A stretch of 64,000 nt of DNA from Octopus vulgaris (Eukaryota). The translations under genes and the position numbers were made by a program. The DNA lies in contig OX597816.1 of assembly GCA_951406725.2 (NCBI GenBank), forward strand, positions 179,242,001-179,306,000, read 5' to 3'. The notes under the pieces are model-generated. The model had not been told where the DNA came from, ran no database searches, and was given only the letters and a program-made list of their open reading frames with translations. Each line of letters starts with the position of its first letter. The first letter of the stretch is position 1. This document shows positions 52,866 to 64,000 of the stretch, one piece after another.

Positions 52866-54769
52866 TGTGATGGTTGTAAACCAAGCATCACTGTTATGTT
52901 AAATAATGCTCTTCATTTCCAGTTTTCCATAAAAAACGTCTGAAAACATATGAGGGTTGGTAACAGAAAGAGCATCCAGTTGTAGAAAAAAAATCTGTAT
53001 CAACAAATTCCATCTGATCCATTCATGCAAAGATGTTAAATGATGGCGATAATGATGAATTAATTGAAGACTTCTACAAGAGAGATTTGGCTTTAATTTC
53101 TAATGAGCTGAGCATCCATGTAGAGTGGTGGTTCTCAACTAGGGTCCGCACAACCTTTAGGGGTCCATATAAGAATTTGATGTTAAAATTTACATGCAAT
53201 AAACTGGTTATACTTCAACAATGCATAAAATATTTTAACAATTTTTCTATACAATTTCTAATAATATTTAATTATAACAAGATAATAGGATTTTTAAACA
53301 TTGAATGGCAAGGGGTCGATAGGCAAAAAATGGTTGAGATTCACTGGTGTAGATGCTCTCTCATTATCTCATGGACATTTGTTGTTTGATACTGTATCAG
53401 CAATCAGCAAGGTAGCAAGGTAAGCATTGTCAGAACCTGGAAGCTTGAAGATCTGCTTCCTTCAGCTGTATTGTCCTCATAAGATAATGCTTTATAACTA
53501 CATGCAATATGAACCTGAAAAGTTTTGTGTTCATTGCTAACAGCACAAGAAAATCACTTGAGCCAGTGACACATAAAAGTGACAATGTAAAAAGCACCTG
53601 TGCTGATGACACATATAAGGCACTTGTGCCACTGACATGTATCCAGTACACCCTGTGGATTGGTTGGTATTAGGAAAGGCATCCAGCTGTAGAAACCAGG
53701 CCAAAACAGACTGGCCCCTGGTGCAGCCCTCCATCCTACCAGCCCCAGTCACACCACCTTACTCATGCCAACATGGAAAACAGACGCTAAATGATGATGA
53801 TGATAATCCATATGGAATCAGAAATATTCTTCCCAATGTTTTTATTATACTATGGTCAATGTAACTAGTATCTTGCTTCTATGCACTTACATATTTTAAA
53901 CATACAATTTCAGAATGATTCAACTGAACTTTTGCAGTCTATAGTAATATTTATGTCCTGATACAACATCAGATCTGCAAATAAATGCTGTATCCCTTCT
54001 ATTTCTTGCTGAAGTAATCAAAAGTACTTCATTTCATTTTCATCCCATTTTACAACTCTCAATAAAAAATAAGAATTACTTATAAATATTTATAAGTTGT
54101 TCCAAAGCAAATGCAAATTGAAATTGAATGTTACATGTTTTTACATTAATTACTTACTATAATTGCCAATTAATAGAATGATTAATTGAATGTAATTTGT
54201 TAAGAAAAATTTCACTCCCAAACCCAGATCTTGATTGCAATATGAAATATTTTAAATCCTTTATATGTTTCCTCTGAGACATTTATATAAATGAATCAAA
54301 ATTAATCTGTTCTCTTCCTGATATAATTAATATAACAGCTTATAATTTATTGCTCAATGAAAAAAACCAATAAGATAGAGCGATTTTTTAATAAGAAGTA
54401 CGTCTAGGTTCGTAAGACTCATGCATTACTTGATTAGTGTAAGATTAAGCAAATTTAGGTTCAAACTGAAAGAAAAGGAAATAAAAAAAAAATTGCATTA
54501 TATAAATTTATATAAACCAAAGGAAGTCAAGGATTAAAAGGAACTCAGATCCTTAGTATATTTTTTATGCTGTTCATCTAACAAAAGATACATTTAGATT
54601 TAGCATGTAGTATCTACTGTTATTTTCAGCATTTACTGTAATATGAAATGAAGTGTTTATTTGCCTTCATTTATCTATTTACTAAAGACAAACTTGTTAA
54701 AAACCAGACAAAACAGATTTTTCAAAAGCTTCTCTATTTCAAGGCATAAATATATATAATAAATTTATT

Positions 54770-55230
54770 GTATACAGTGATCAGGTGCTGCACTACAACT
54801 CATCAGAAAAAGGAACCAAAACTGCGTGAATATGCACAGGAAGTGAACAGTGAATAAGTCTACAAAATAATAAAAAAAAAACCCCAAAACCGGGGGTGGG
54901 GCATCAGGTGCACTGTTGGTAAATTTCGGGAAGCATGGAAGTTTTGAAGAATGTAGTGTGCTGACAGCTACTAACAGCTGATGCAGATAGTTTATTCGGA
55001 CAATCTTATGGGTAGCTGCCTAGTTAGTTGCGAGACATTGGAGCTTTAATGTAAAAAAAAAAGAAGTTTTCAATAAAAGAGTAAATGTACTTTAGGAAGA
55101 GTGAAAATGTTTTTTTAACAAGAGAAATTATGTGATACATGATTGGCGAAATATTAATCTGCAAGGGAGTCATGATCATTTGTTGGTATTTAAGTTTAAT
55201 TAAGATGTCTGGAACCAGCTCCATATAATG
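54770..55230 (-). mobile_element. CR1-group LINE 3' end remnant
   Basis: Reverse complement aataaactatctgcatcagctgttagtagctgtc resembles the 3' part of the CR1 fragment at ~31090. Confidence 0.45.
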
Positions 55231-56074
55231 TAATATTTATTAGATATACATATTTTCTTTCTAGAGATAGTGACTGCAAATTCTTTAATAAACATACTTC
55301 AAATGGAATGAGATATAAAACATAGTTTTTCTTCCTTTATGAAGACATTACATAAGTTTAAAGTAATCTGCACCTTTGATAAGTCACAAATGCAGTCAGA
55401 AGCTCTTCTATTAAATAAGATAAATGCTGTCATTTCTTTTCGTATCAAAATTTCATTACTTTTCAATTATCCTTTTCATAATAAAACTTTTATAAATAAA
55501 TTAATGAATGCTACTTTTTTAACAACTTATAAAAAGTAAGTTAACTGAAGATTTCTAGCAGAAACATTGCCAATAATATAGGACACTACCCCTAAAACAA
55601 AGCCACAGAATCTTGATACTCACCACTTCAAACATGTACTACATAAATTACGTTAATAACATGTCGAAATGTTTACTAACGTACTGGGTTTCACTTCCAG
55701 TTTTATAACACATCAATAAAAAGAGATCTTTTACGATAACATGTGAAGGTTGAATAGTCAATGAACATGTCTGCAAAATGTGGACGTTTGTTACACATCT
55801 GAAATTTACCAGTTTCCTAGTGGTATCAGTTCTCACCCAGTACTATTTCATTTCACTAATGCTGCTTTTAGTAAAGGCATAAAATAGACGAGTTCCCTTG
55901 ACAGAGATATGAATACTGCAATGTATCATTGACTCAACTCTCTAAATGCATGGGAGGAGCATTGCTGTTGTTCTTAAGATTATAATTTTCTAGAAAAATA
56001 ACTTCCTTAGATTGCATCATGAACATGATCATAATTATGTCTCTCTCGCTCTTATTCTCCCCCCCTCCTCCTCC

Positions 56075-57175
56075 TCCTTTTTGAGTCAAATGATCATTAT
56101 TAACACCTCGTGCTTTTTTATTTTAAAAAAGGCAAGAAAGTGGCAGAAACTTGCAGAAAGATATGTGCTGAGTATGGAGAAGAGACTGTTGAGGAATGTG
56201 TGTACTGGAAGTGGTTTTCGAGGTTTTGACCAGGAAATTTTTTGGTTCTAGGTGCACCACACTCTGACCAGCCAACTGAGATTAACAGTGACATAATATA
56301 GGAGTTATTCAACCCAAATTCCTGTTATACAACAAAGATAATTGCAGATGTTCTCCAAATGTCCAAACTGAGTGCTGAAAACCAACTGCATCAAAATGGT
56401 TATGTCAGCAGGTTTGATGTTTTGGGTCCAACATCAGTTGAGTGAGGCTAACCTTACCCAACAGATTTCCATCTGTGATTCATTGCAGAAACATGAAGGA
56501 AACGATTCTTTTTGGAAGAGAATAGTGATAGGGGTAAAAAATAGAATGTCTATAACAATGTGAAGTGCAAATGATGATGGGAGAAGCATGGTGAACCACC
56601 ACAAACTCACTCCAAGTAGGAGTTCACCTGAAGAAGGTTATGTTTTCAATTTGGTGGGGCTGGAAGGGTGTTATCTTTTACAAGCATTTTCCCATGAACA
56701 AGATCATCACTTCAGATGTGTACTGTAATCAGCTCCACAAATTAAACACAGCACTCCACCAAAAGCATCCAGCACTTGCTAATTGTAAGGGCATTGGTTT
56801 TCACCATGAGAATGCCAGACCCTTCTTTGCAGACAGAGCAGAAGTTACTGGGGTTTGGCTGGAAAGTTTTGCTGCACTCTCCATATTCACTCAACCTTGC
56901 ATCTGCAGATTTACACCTGTTTCAGCCTTTCAAAAATTCATTGAATGGATAGACCTTCATCTCTAAAGAGGATGTAAAAATCCACTTGGAAGAATTTTCA
57001 CCTTTTAAGACAAGAAATTTTTTGAGTAGGGAATATCAGATCTGCTCACAAGATCACAGAAGATACCAGAACAAAATGGTAATTATATGATTGATTAAAT
57101 AAATTTCTTTATGTTTAAAATTTGTGCTTTATTTTTGCTTAAAAAGACCAAACAACCTGTTTTGTGAACTCAATA
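56075..57175 (+). mobile_element. Decayed mariner transposon (transposase pseudogene)
   Basis: WVQHQL (WVPHEL-like), RIVIG, KVMFSIWWGWKGV, YCNQL, FHHENARP, HSPYSLNLASADLHLF (YSPDLAP-like) in order, with stops and frameshifts. Confidence 0.88.
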
Positions 57176-60100
57176 CATCACGAGTGCAGTGATCTCTGCT
57201 GCACACTTCATCTAATTCCTCTCAGTTCCTTTGTACATTCATGCATACTAACATTACATGTTTACTCCAATACTTTCCAGCTTTCACACAGTCCCTGCAA
57301 TCCAATGCTGTGTATACAAACATGATGCGTGAACAAAGGGGACAGGCATGGAAAAAAATAAATGAAAAAAGAAATGGAAGTAACATCAGGTGATGGGGAA
57401 GAGGGCAGACATGAGCATTCAAAGAGATGAGCTTTAGGTCTTGAGAACTTGTAAAGGGTCTAAGTCTGAATTGGTAGATCACATAATGAAATTCTGCAAC
57501 GGGAGAATTGGTTGAAAGTGGGATGTGATGAGGTTAGAGCAATGGTAGCCACCCTATAAACCAAATAAACATATTTCTTGTTATGGCAGTTCTGGTACTG
57601 GGAGGGAGGGAAGGAGAGAGAGAGAGAGCTGAGCTAGCTCAGTTCAAGAGGGAGGTGAAGAGGTAAACTGAAGGGCGTATTCAAATACTTTGGGAAAGAA
57701 GTAGGAAGTGGAGTACTGTCATTGCTGACAGTCGTTTAATCAAAAGAAAAGAAAACAGAGGTTTGACCAATGCTAGATTTTGGGGTATGAAATAGCCACA
57801 TGGCCAATGGGGTCATAAATGCTTCAGGAGAGACCTTGTGAAAGTTGAGTTAAATGACTGAGCTTCTACGAGCCAGTTTTGTGTGATTGAGAAATTGTGA
57901 AAATACCAGTTGGCAAAACATAAGGACAAGACATGCTGTTTGATCAGGATGGGGTTTGGAATGAAATCCATGCTTAAGATCATAGCACCAATTCACAAGA
58001 TAATATTTGGAAAAGTGGACAGAATAAAAGAGACCACTAACTTCTACAGAGTGATATTAGACAAAAGTACTGACAGCAACAGGGGTTAGAGGTCATCTGA
58101 AAAGTTTGGGGTTGATTGACCAACCAACAAAACTGATGGCTGATGAACAGTGTTGGGGTTTCAGGTGAAGAAAGATCAGATGGATAAGCTGGTATTTCAG
58201 AGAGAAAATTCCCAAACTGAAAAACAATCTGAGTCAATGGGCAGATGTTCTTGCCGTAGGGAAGGCAAGTAGACCACCCTGTCATTACATAGCTCCATAC
58301 TGCATACATTTATGTCAACAAGAAAGTTAAATGAGAGAGCTGAGGAGATCTGGTGAGAGATAGGACAGTTGCTATGATGAAAGACAATGTGGAAAGAGTC
58401 AGAAAGGAGGGCCAGTGAAAGGGAGCTGGTAGATGCTTAAATCAGGAGAGAATCATGTGGTGTGATGAAGTAAGATAGTAATAGGGGTTGCTTTAGAAAT
58501 AAATGACATTGAAGTTGAGAAATGTGGCCTGACTTAGGAAAAGAGGCAATTGGAACCATATGAATGTCTCTGAATTATGTTGAAGAGCATAAATTTGGCT
58601 TTGAAGCGGCAGGGGCTGTGCATTGTGAAAATCTGAACTAATTTGTCTAATTTGACCAACTGGATGAGTGAAATTAGTTATTACAAATGCAAAAAGAATT
58701 CAAACAAAAGAAGATAGGGAAATGATTATTAAGCAATGTCCACCTTGGTGAATGAATAATTATGAACTGGTAGGAGGTGGGAGTCAGGTTGGGTTTTTCA
58801 ACTGCAGAAATGGTAACTATGTTATTTTTTATTTGGTTGTTTATTTAGATTTCCATTAGCTTGATGTTGTGTGAAATGATCTGCTTATGAACCTAAGGCA
58901 CTTTCTCTGCCCACAAATATATTGTACAAAAAGGCAAGGTATTTATGTCTTTATATGCAGAGTTGGTTAAAATCTGTAGAAACTGCAGTAAAATATGAAA
59001 GTCTCTAAAAATACAACAGGATTTGACAATTTATTTCTGTACAAGTTGTATATATTATGTGTTGTGCCAAGATATTGTTCAGTGTATTTGTGATGAAATA
59101 CAATCTAAATAATTCATGTAGGGAATAATTAATGTCCCCCACTTCACTTATTATTGAAGGATTACTTGTCTATCAACTTTGCCTCTACTTTATGTTATGC
59201 ATTTGGTTTAGAATACTATATAAACAAGAGTGTTAAATACTAGTAAAATGAAATATTTCATTCTATTCACGTACTCATTGCAGTTACCTTTTCTTTCAAT
59301 AATAGTTTAAGCTTTTCATGAAACCTTGTTTGTCTAACATCAGCCTTTTGAGTAGAGGAGTGCCAAAAAATTTCTTCTGAATTGCATAATACAATGTCAG
59401 TATCACACCTCAGTCTTGACACCTTTGACTTCTTTGTGCACAACCTGTATAGTAATCATTTAATAGTAAAAGTTCCTAGAAATAAAACTAGTATTCAATT
59501 TATTTTTTTACAAAGCTTTGTCAGAAGAGATAGGACAATATCCATGATGTTTTTTTCAGGGAACTGACCAGAAGAGTTTCCCAAAGAATGGTAACCTGAC
59601 TCTTATGCTTGCAAAACAATGCATTTAAAGGCCATATGGTGGAGTTAAATCAAATAACAGAATAAGTTAACAACACAACAACAAGAATGGTCCCTCTCAT
59701 AATTTTCCTACAGTTTCCTGTTTAGCAAATTCCATTGACAAAACTTTGGGTGCTCTGAATTAGAGTAAGAAGATCTGAGAAACTGGTAGAAGATGCTCAA
59801 GGTGCTACATGATGGGATTGAATGCAAAAAGAAATAGTTTTTGGCAACTTATCCATTTGAATAGTTGCCATATTGTATTGTGAATCTTTGTAACCCACTT
59901 TTGTTTTAATTGCTTTTGGGTACATATGGCATGGAATGGTACAGTATATCAAGTCCACAGCTCCAGGTAATATCAGTGCACAGCTCATACTTGCAAGCCA
60001 AAACTGTTTGAAAGACTCAGTTTATAAAGTGATTCTACAAAATGCTAAATGAGTTGAGGATCCTGCCTGCATCTACTTAGCAGGAAAGTTTGAAGGTCCA

Positions 60101-61085
60101 TATTCCACTCTTGGAGAATTACTGTCATCTTGATAAAGGTTTGAAGTGCAAAAAACCCAGGCCACCTAGCTGTAACTAGGTACTGTGAAAGAAGCATGAT
60201 TTCTGTTGTAGACAGCAGAATGTAACCCTGATTTAATAATTTTTGTTAAAGAGGACATATGTGCCACTTCAGTTGTGACTAAATGGTTTTCAAAGACAAT
60301 CCTATGGCTCATTGGATCAAACTCAACATGATGTGGTTGTCAGTTGATCAATAAAATGACTGAATGGATTTATTAAGAGGAAAAGAATATTACTTTCAAG
60401 TTTTGTTGCAAGGCCAACAATTTTGGGGTAAGGAGCAGTTGATTACATTGACCCCAGTTCACAACTACTTCTTATTTTATTGACCTGAAAAGAGGAAAGG
60501 CAAAATTAACCTTGGTGGAATTTGAACTTAGAACGTAAAAACAGACAAAGTGCCACTAAGCATTTTGTCTGGTGTGCTAACAATTCTGCCAGCTCATCAC
60601 CATAAGGAGGAAAAGAATATTGAGTATTGCACATCAAATTAACCTGATGCAAGGCATATCAGTTTGATGATACCTAATCTTCCATTCAAATACTGCAAAA
60701 CCAATTCTTAGAAAATGAATTTAAATAAGGTTCACATCAGTGGTGAAATATGGTAAAAAAAAAAAAAAAAATAAAGATGTCTCTGACTTATTCCAACTCT
60801 AATGGAAAGCGAACACCTGTCTCAATAAAAAAAAATATATACATGATGCTTCCCGAACAAATGAAAACACGATCAAAGCCATTTCTGTATTCATTTTCTA
60901 TTTAGAGCTTAACAGATAAATAAATCTCTGATTTTGATTAAGATTAATAATATTGGTTTCCACACTTCAATATCTATAACTGATATAACCAGAACTGGTT
61001 ACTTGGAGAACATATCTATGCGTAAACTTAAATGGGAAGATAAATCCCTTAATATATAATAATGAGTGTAGTGTTTTTATATATT

Positions 61086-61121
<36 letters not shown>

Positions 61122-62871
61122 GTGAGAATTTACAAAAAAAACAAAAGACAAAGACGGATGTGTAAACAACAAACAGATGTATTAGTTTAATGCTCGGGAA
61201 GTGAGAAAGTCTTTTAAGTTTCGAGCGTATGCTCTTCCACAGAAAGGAACACAGAAATAAACAGAGAGATAAAAAATAGAAAAAGGTTTAGTGGCTAGTG
61301 ATCTATCACGGTGAATCATATATATTTTGTCCAAAATTACACAGTAGGAGTGAATGGTGAAGGGAGAGGAGAATATAAAGTAATTCAGTAGTGAGAGTAA
61401 TAGCCATCTGAGAGGGAATGAATAGCAAAGAGAGAGAGGAAGTAACAAAAAGAGCATCATGAAGCTTCTATTATAATAATCTGCTATGATAATACTCTTG
61501 TGTATTTCTCCATCACATATATGAATGAGAAAGGAAGGGGTGATCCACGGAAGAAAGTAAGATGGTGAAAAGTCAATGGTGAAGCAAAAATCAAACAGCA
61601 CTTCAACTCTGTGTGAGTATATGTGTGTGCGTGTGAAAGAGAGGAATGTGAATATTTGTGTGTGTTTGTGTAAAGTATATTCATATATTTGAGTGAGTGT
61701 ATATGTATTTGTGTATGTTTATTTAAAAAGACACATAGAAAATAGAATTACAGATATACGCGCATTCACACACATATATATATATATATAAACAGACACA
61801 CTTAAAAGGGTAGGGGGTGGGCTGTGACAAAGTATAGAAAACTGTGTTCGCTACATTCTGTGCCACTCATACATATGAATGTATACATATGCACGCACAC
61901 ACACACACCCTTTTTATATATAAAATACTACAATTAGCTGTAATTTTTGACAGTACGAGGCCAGCTAGTAACTTGATAAAAATTTAATCAAAGTTACTTT
62001 AGTAGTGAAAAGGAAAACCATTAAAATCGACAAGGCTTGTCAAATAGAGACAACTCTAGAATTCAAATGTTAAATGAGGAGCATACAGTGAGGGTATAAT
62101 CATGGTTTAGTATGGTAACAGCTCAGGACATATATATTAGACCTTACAAGACTATAGAAAGGCTGAAAATTTAAACATTTTGAGCAAAAATAATATTTGC
62201 TGATCAGACAAGTGAAAATAATGACATAGGAACATTTCTCGGATATGTTTTCTGCATGAATACATATACATGCATCTATGTGTGTGTGTGTGTGTGTGTA
62301 TGTGTAGATTGATACAGAGAACAATTCTAACAGTAATTTGACATTGATAACATACCTATTTCTTTATTACCCACAAGGGGCTAAATACTGAGGGGACAAA
62401 AAAGGACAGACATAGGTATTAAGTCGATTACATCGACCCCAGTGCATAACTGGTACTTAATTTATCGACCCCGAAAGGATGAAAGGCAAAGTCGACCTCG
62501 GCGGAATTTGAACTCACAACGTAATGCAGACGAAATACCGCTAAGCATTTCGCCCGGCGTGCTAACGTTTCTGCCAGCTCGCCGCCTTTGATAACATAGC
62601 TATTTGTAAATTAGTATTGATTGATTGATTCTAGTTTCAGCTCATGAGCTGTGGCCATGCTGGGGCACCGCCAGTATAGAGAGCATGTTTCAGCATAAGT
62701 TGGCACAGAGAATATATCTTCATGTAAATTGTTATGGAAAATATATATTTAAAACAGTTTGATTCAGTTCCATGCTACTTCAAGTTTCACAGGCTCCCTT
62801 CAGGGGCCTGACTCCTTCAGGATTCTGGAGGTTTCAAGATGCAAATAAGAAAAACATAACTCAAAACATGA

Positions 62872-62930
<59 letters not shown>

Positions 62931-62937
<7 letters not shown>

Positions 62938-63373
62938 ATTCAAAAGAAAGTAAGAAAATGGAGATATAGCATTTGATAAAAAATTTATTATCTACAAAAA
63001 TCAAACATAGTTCCTTACAGCTGTTTCAATTAACCCTAAAAGATTAAATAACAATTATTAAAATCATCATATTAGGCAAAATCTCTGCAAAGGGATAGAA
63101 AAAAGATATACCATTAGGTTTTTATATGTTGTATTTTAGAATCATCACAGCAGTCTGCTGTGATGATTCTAAAATACAACACACAAAAAACCTAATGGTA
63201 TATCTTTTTTCTACCCTTCTGAAGAGATTTTGCTTAATATCATGATTTTAATAATTGTTATTTAATCTTTTAAGCTTAACTGAAACAATTGTATGGGACT
63301 ATGTTTTGCAGATAATAATTTTTAAAATTAAATGTTATCTCTCCATGTTCTTAGTTTCTTTTGAATGATTATA
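62931..63373. repeat. ~220-bp-arm palindrome centred on 63154, Penelope-like, with degenerate hammerhead cores
   Basis: ...atcatcacagcag-t-ctgctgtgatgat...; arms diverge outward; CTGAAGA 63219-63225 and GAAACAATTGTA 63282-63293; abuts (TA)n. Confidence 0.8.
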
Positions 63374-63945
63374 AACCATTTTTTAAAACTGTTTTATGAA
63401 TATTATTATTCACAACAAATATTAGGTACTGAGCCAGTAATTAATTAAATGATACCATCCCTTAATGAGGCTAATTTAACCTCTAATTGAATATATATAT
63501 ATATATATATAATTAATATTTAGCGGAAACAACAGAGTGACTCAAAGGCCAAGATTTTTATGCATTAGCACTTATCAGACAATTAACAAATCAAGGAGTT
63601 ATAAATTCATATAATGGTATTTCCCTGGATATTTCTGGAACAAATTATAAAAACAATTACAACGTGGATAATTGACATTTATGTGTGTATAAGTATGCAC
63701 AAATTTTCCTTGTTTGTTTATGTATTTATTGAATGGCAAAATGGGGGTAAACTATTGGAAAAACATGGATTATCCACATGACATTGTAACTGTTTTTATA
63801 TATCCTTCCAGAACTATCCAGTAAAATACCATTATAATCAGGATATAAATTTATAACCCCTTGGTTTGTAAATAGTTTGGTAAGCATCAACATATGAAAC
63901 TTTGGTCCTTGAACCATTCTGTTGCTTCTGCTAAACATTAATGAA

Positions 63946-63980
<35 letters not shown>

Positions 63981-64000
63981 TGCATGTGTGTAAAATATTT

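Noticed and set aside
57540-58780. Possible very old LINE remnant (also ~46070-46560)
   Set aside because: Only faint peptide resemblance; boundaries and family cannot be supported by eye.

Overview
AT-rich, microsatellite- and SINE-dense eukaryotic (metazoan) DNA; the repeat families and (TA)n/(TG)n density suggest a coleoid cephalopod such as Octopus (inference). The window holds one complete host gene: a six-exon glycerophosphodiester phosphodiesterase 1 (GDE1) on the + strand (CDS 9249..39145, 1056 nt, 351 aa), assembled by hand from GT-AG sites with consistent phases. The rest is mostly mobile DNA: three SINE-like families, RTE/CR1/RLE LINE fragments, a decayed mariner, MITEs and Penelope-like fold-back elements with hammerhead-ribozyme motifs. 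Most notable: (1) a 2.45-kb ORF1-only L1/Tx1-like element (intact 399-aa zinc-knuckle ORF, three 200-bp 5' monomers, 16-bp TSD) inserted in the tRNA-derived head of a SINE, with a possible Inr-DPE promoter split across the target/element junction; (2) a perfect 280-bp inverted repeat with a type I hammerhead in each arm, plus other hammerhead loci; (3) a beta-tubulin 3' fragment bracketed by a perfect 36-bp inverted repeat; (4) a 59-copy indel-free 16-bp minisatellite. Nearly all ORFs in the supplied track are microsatellite artefacts.
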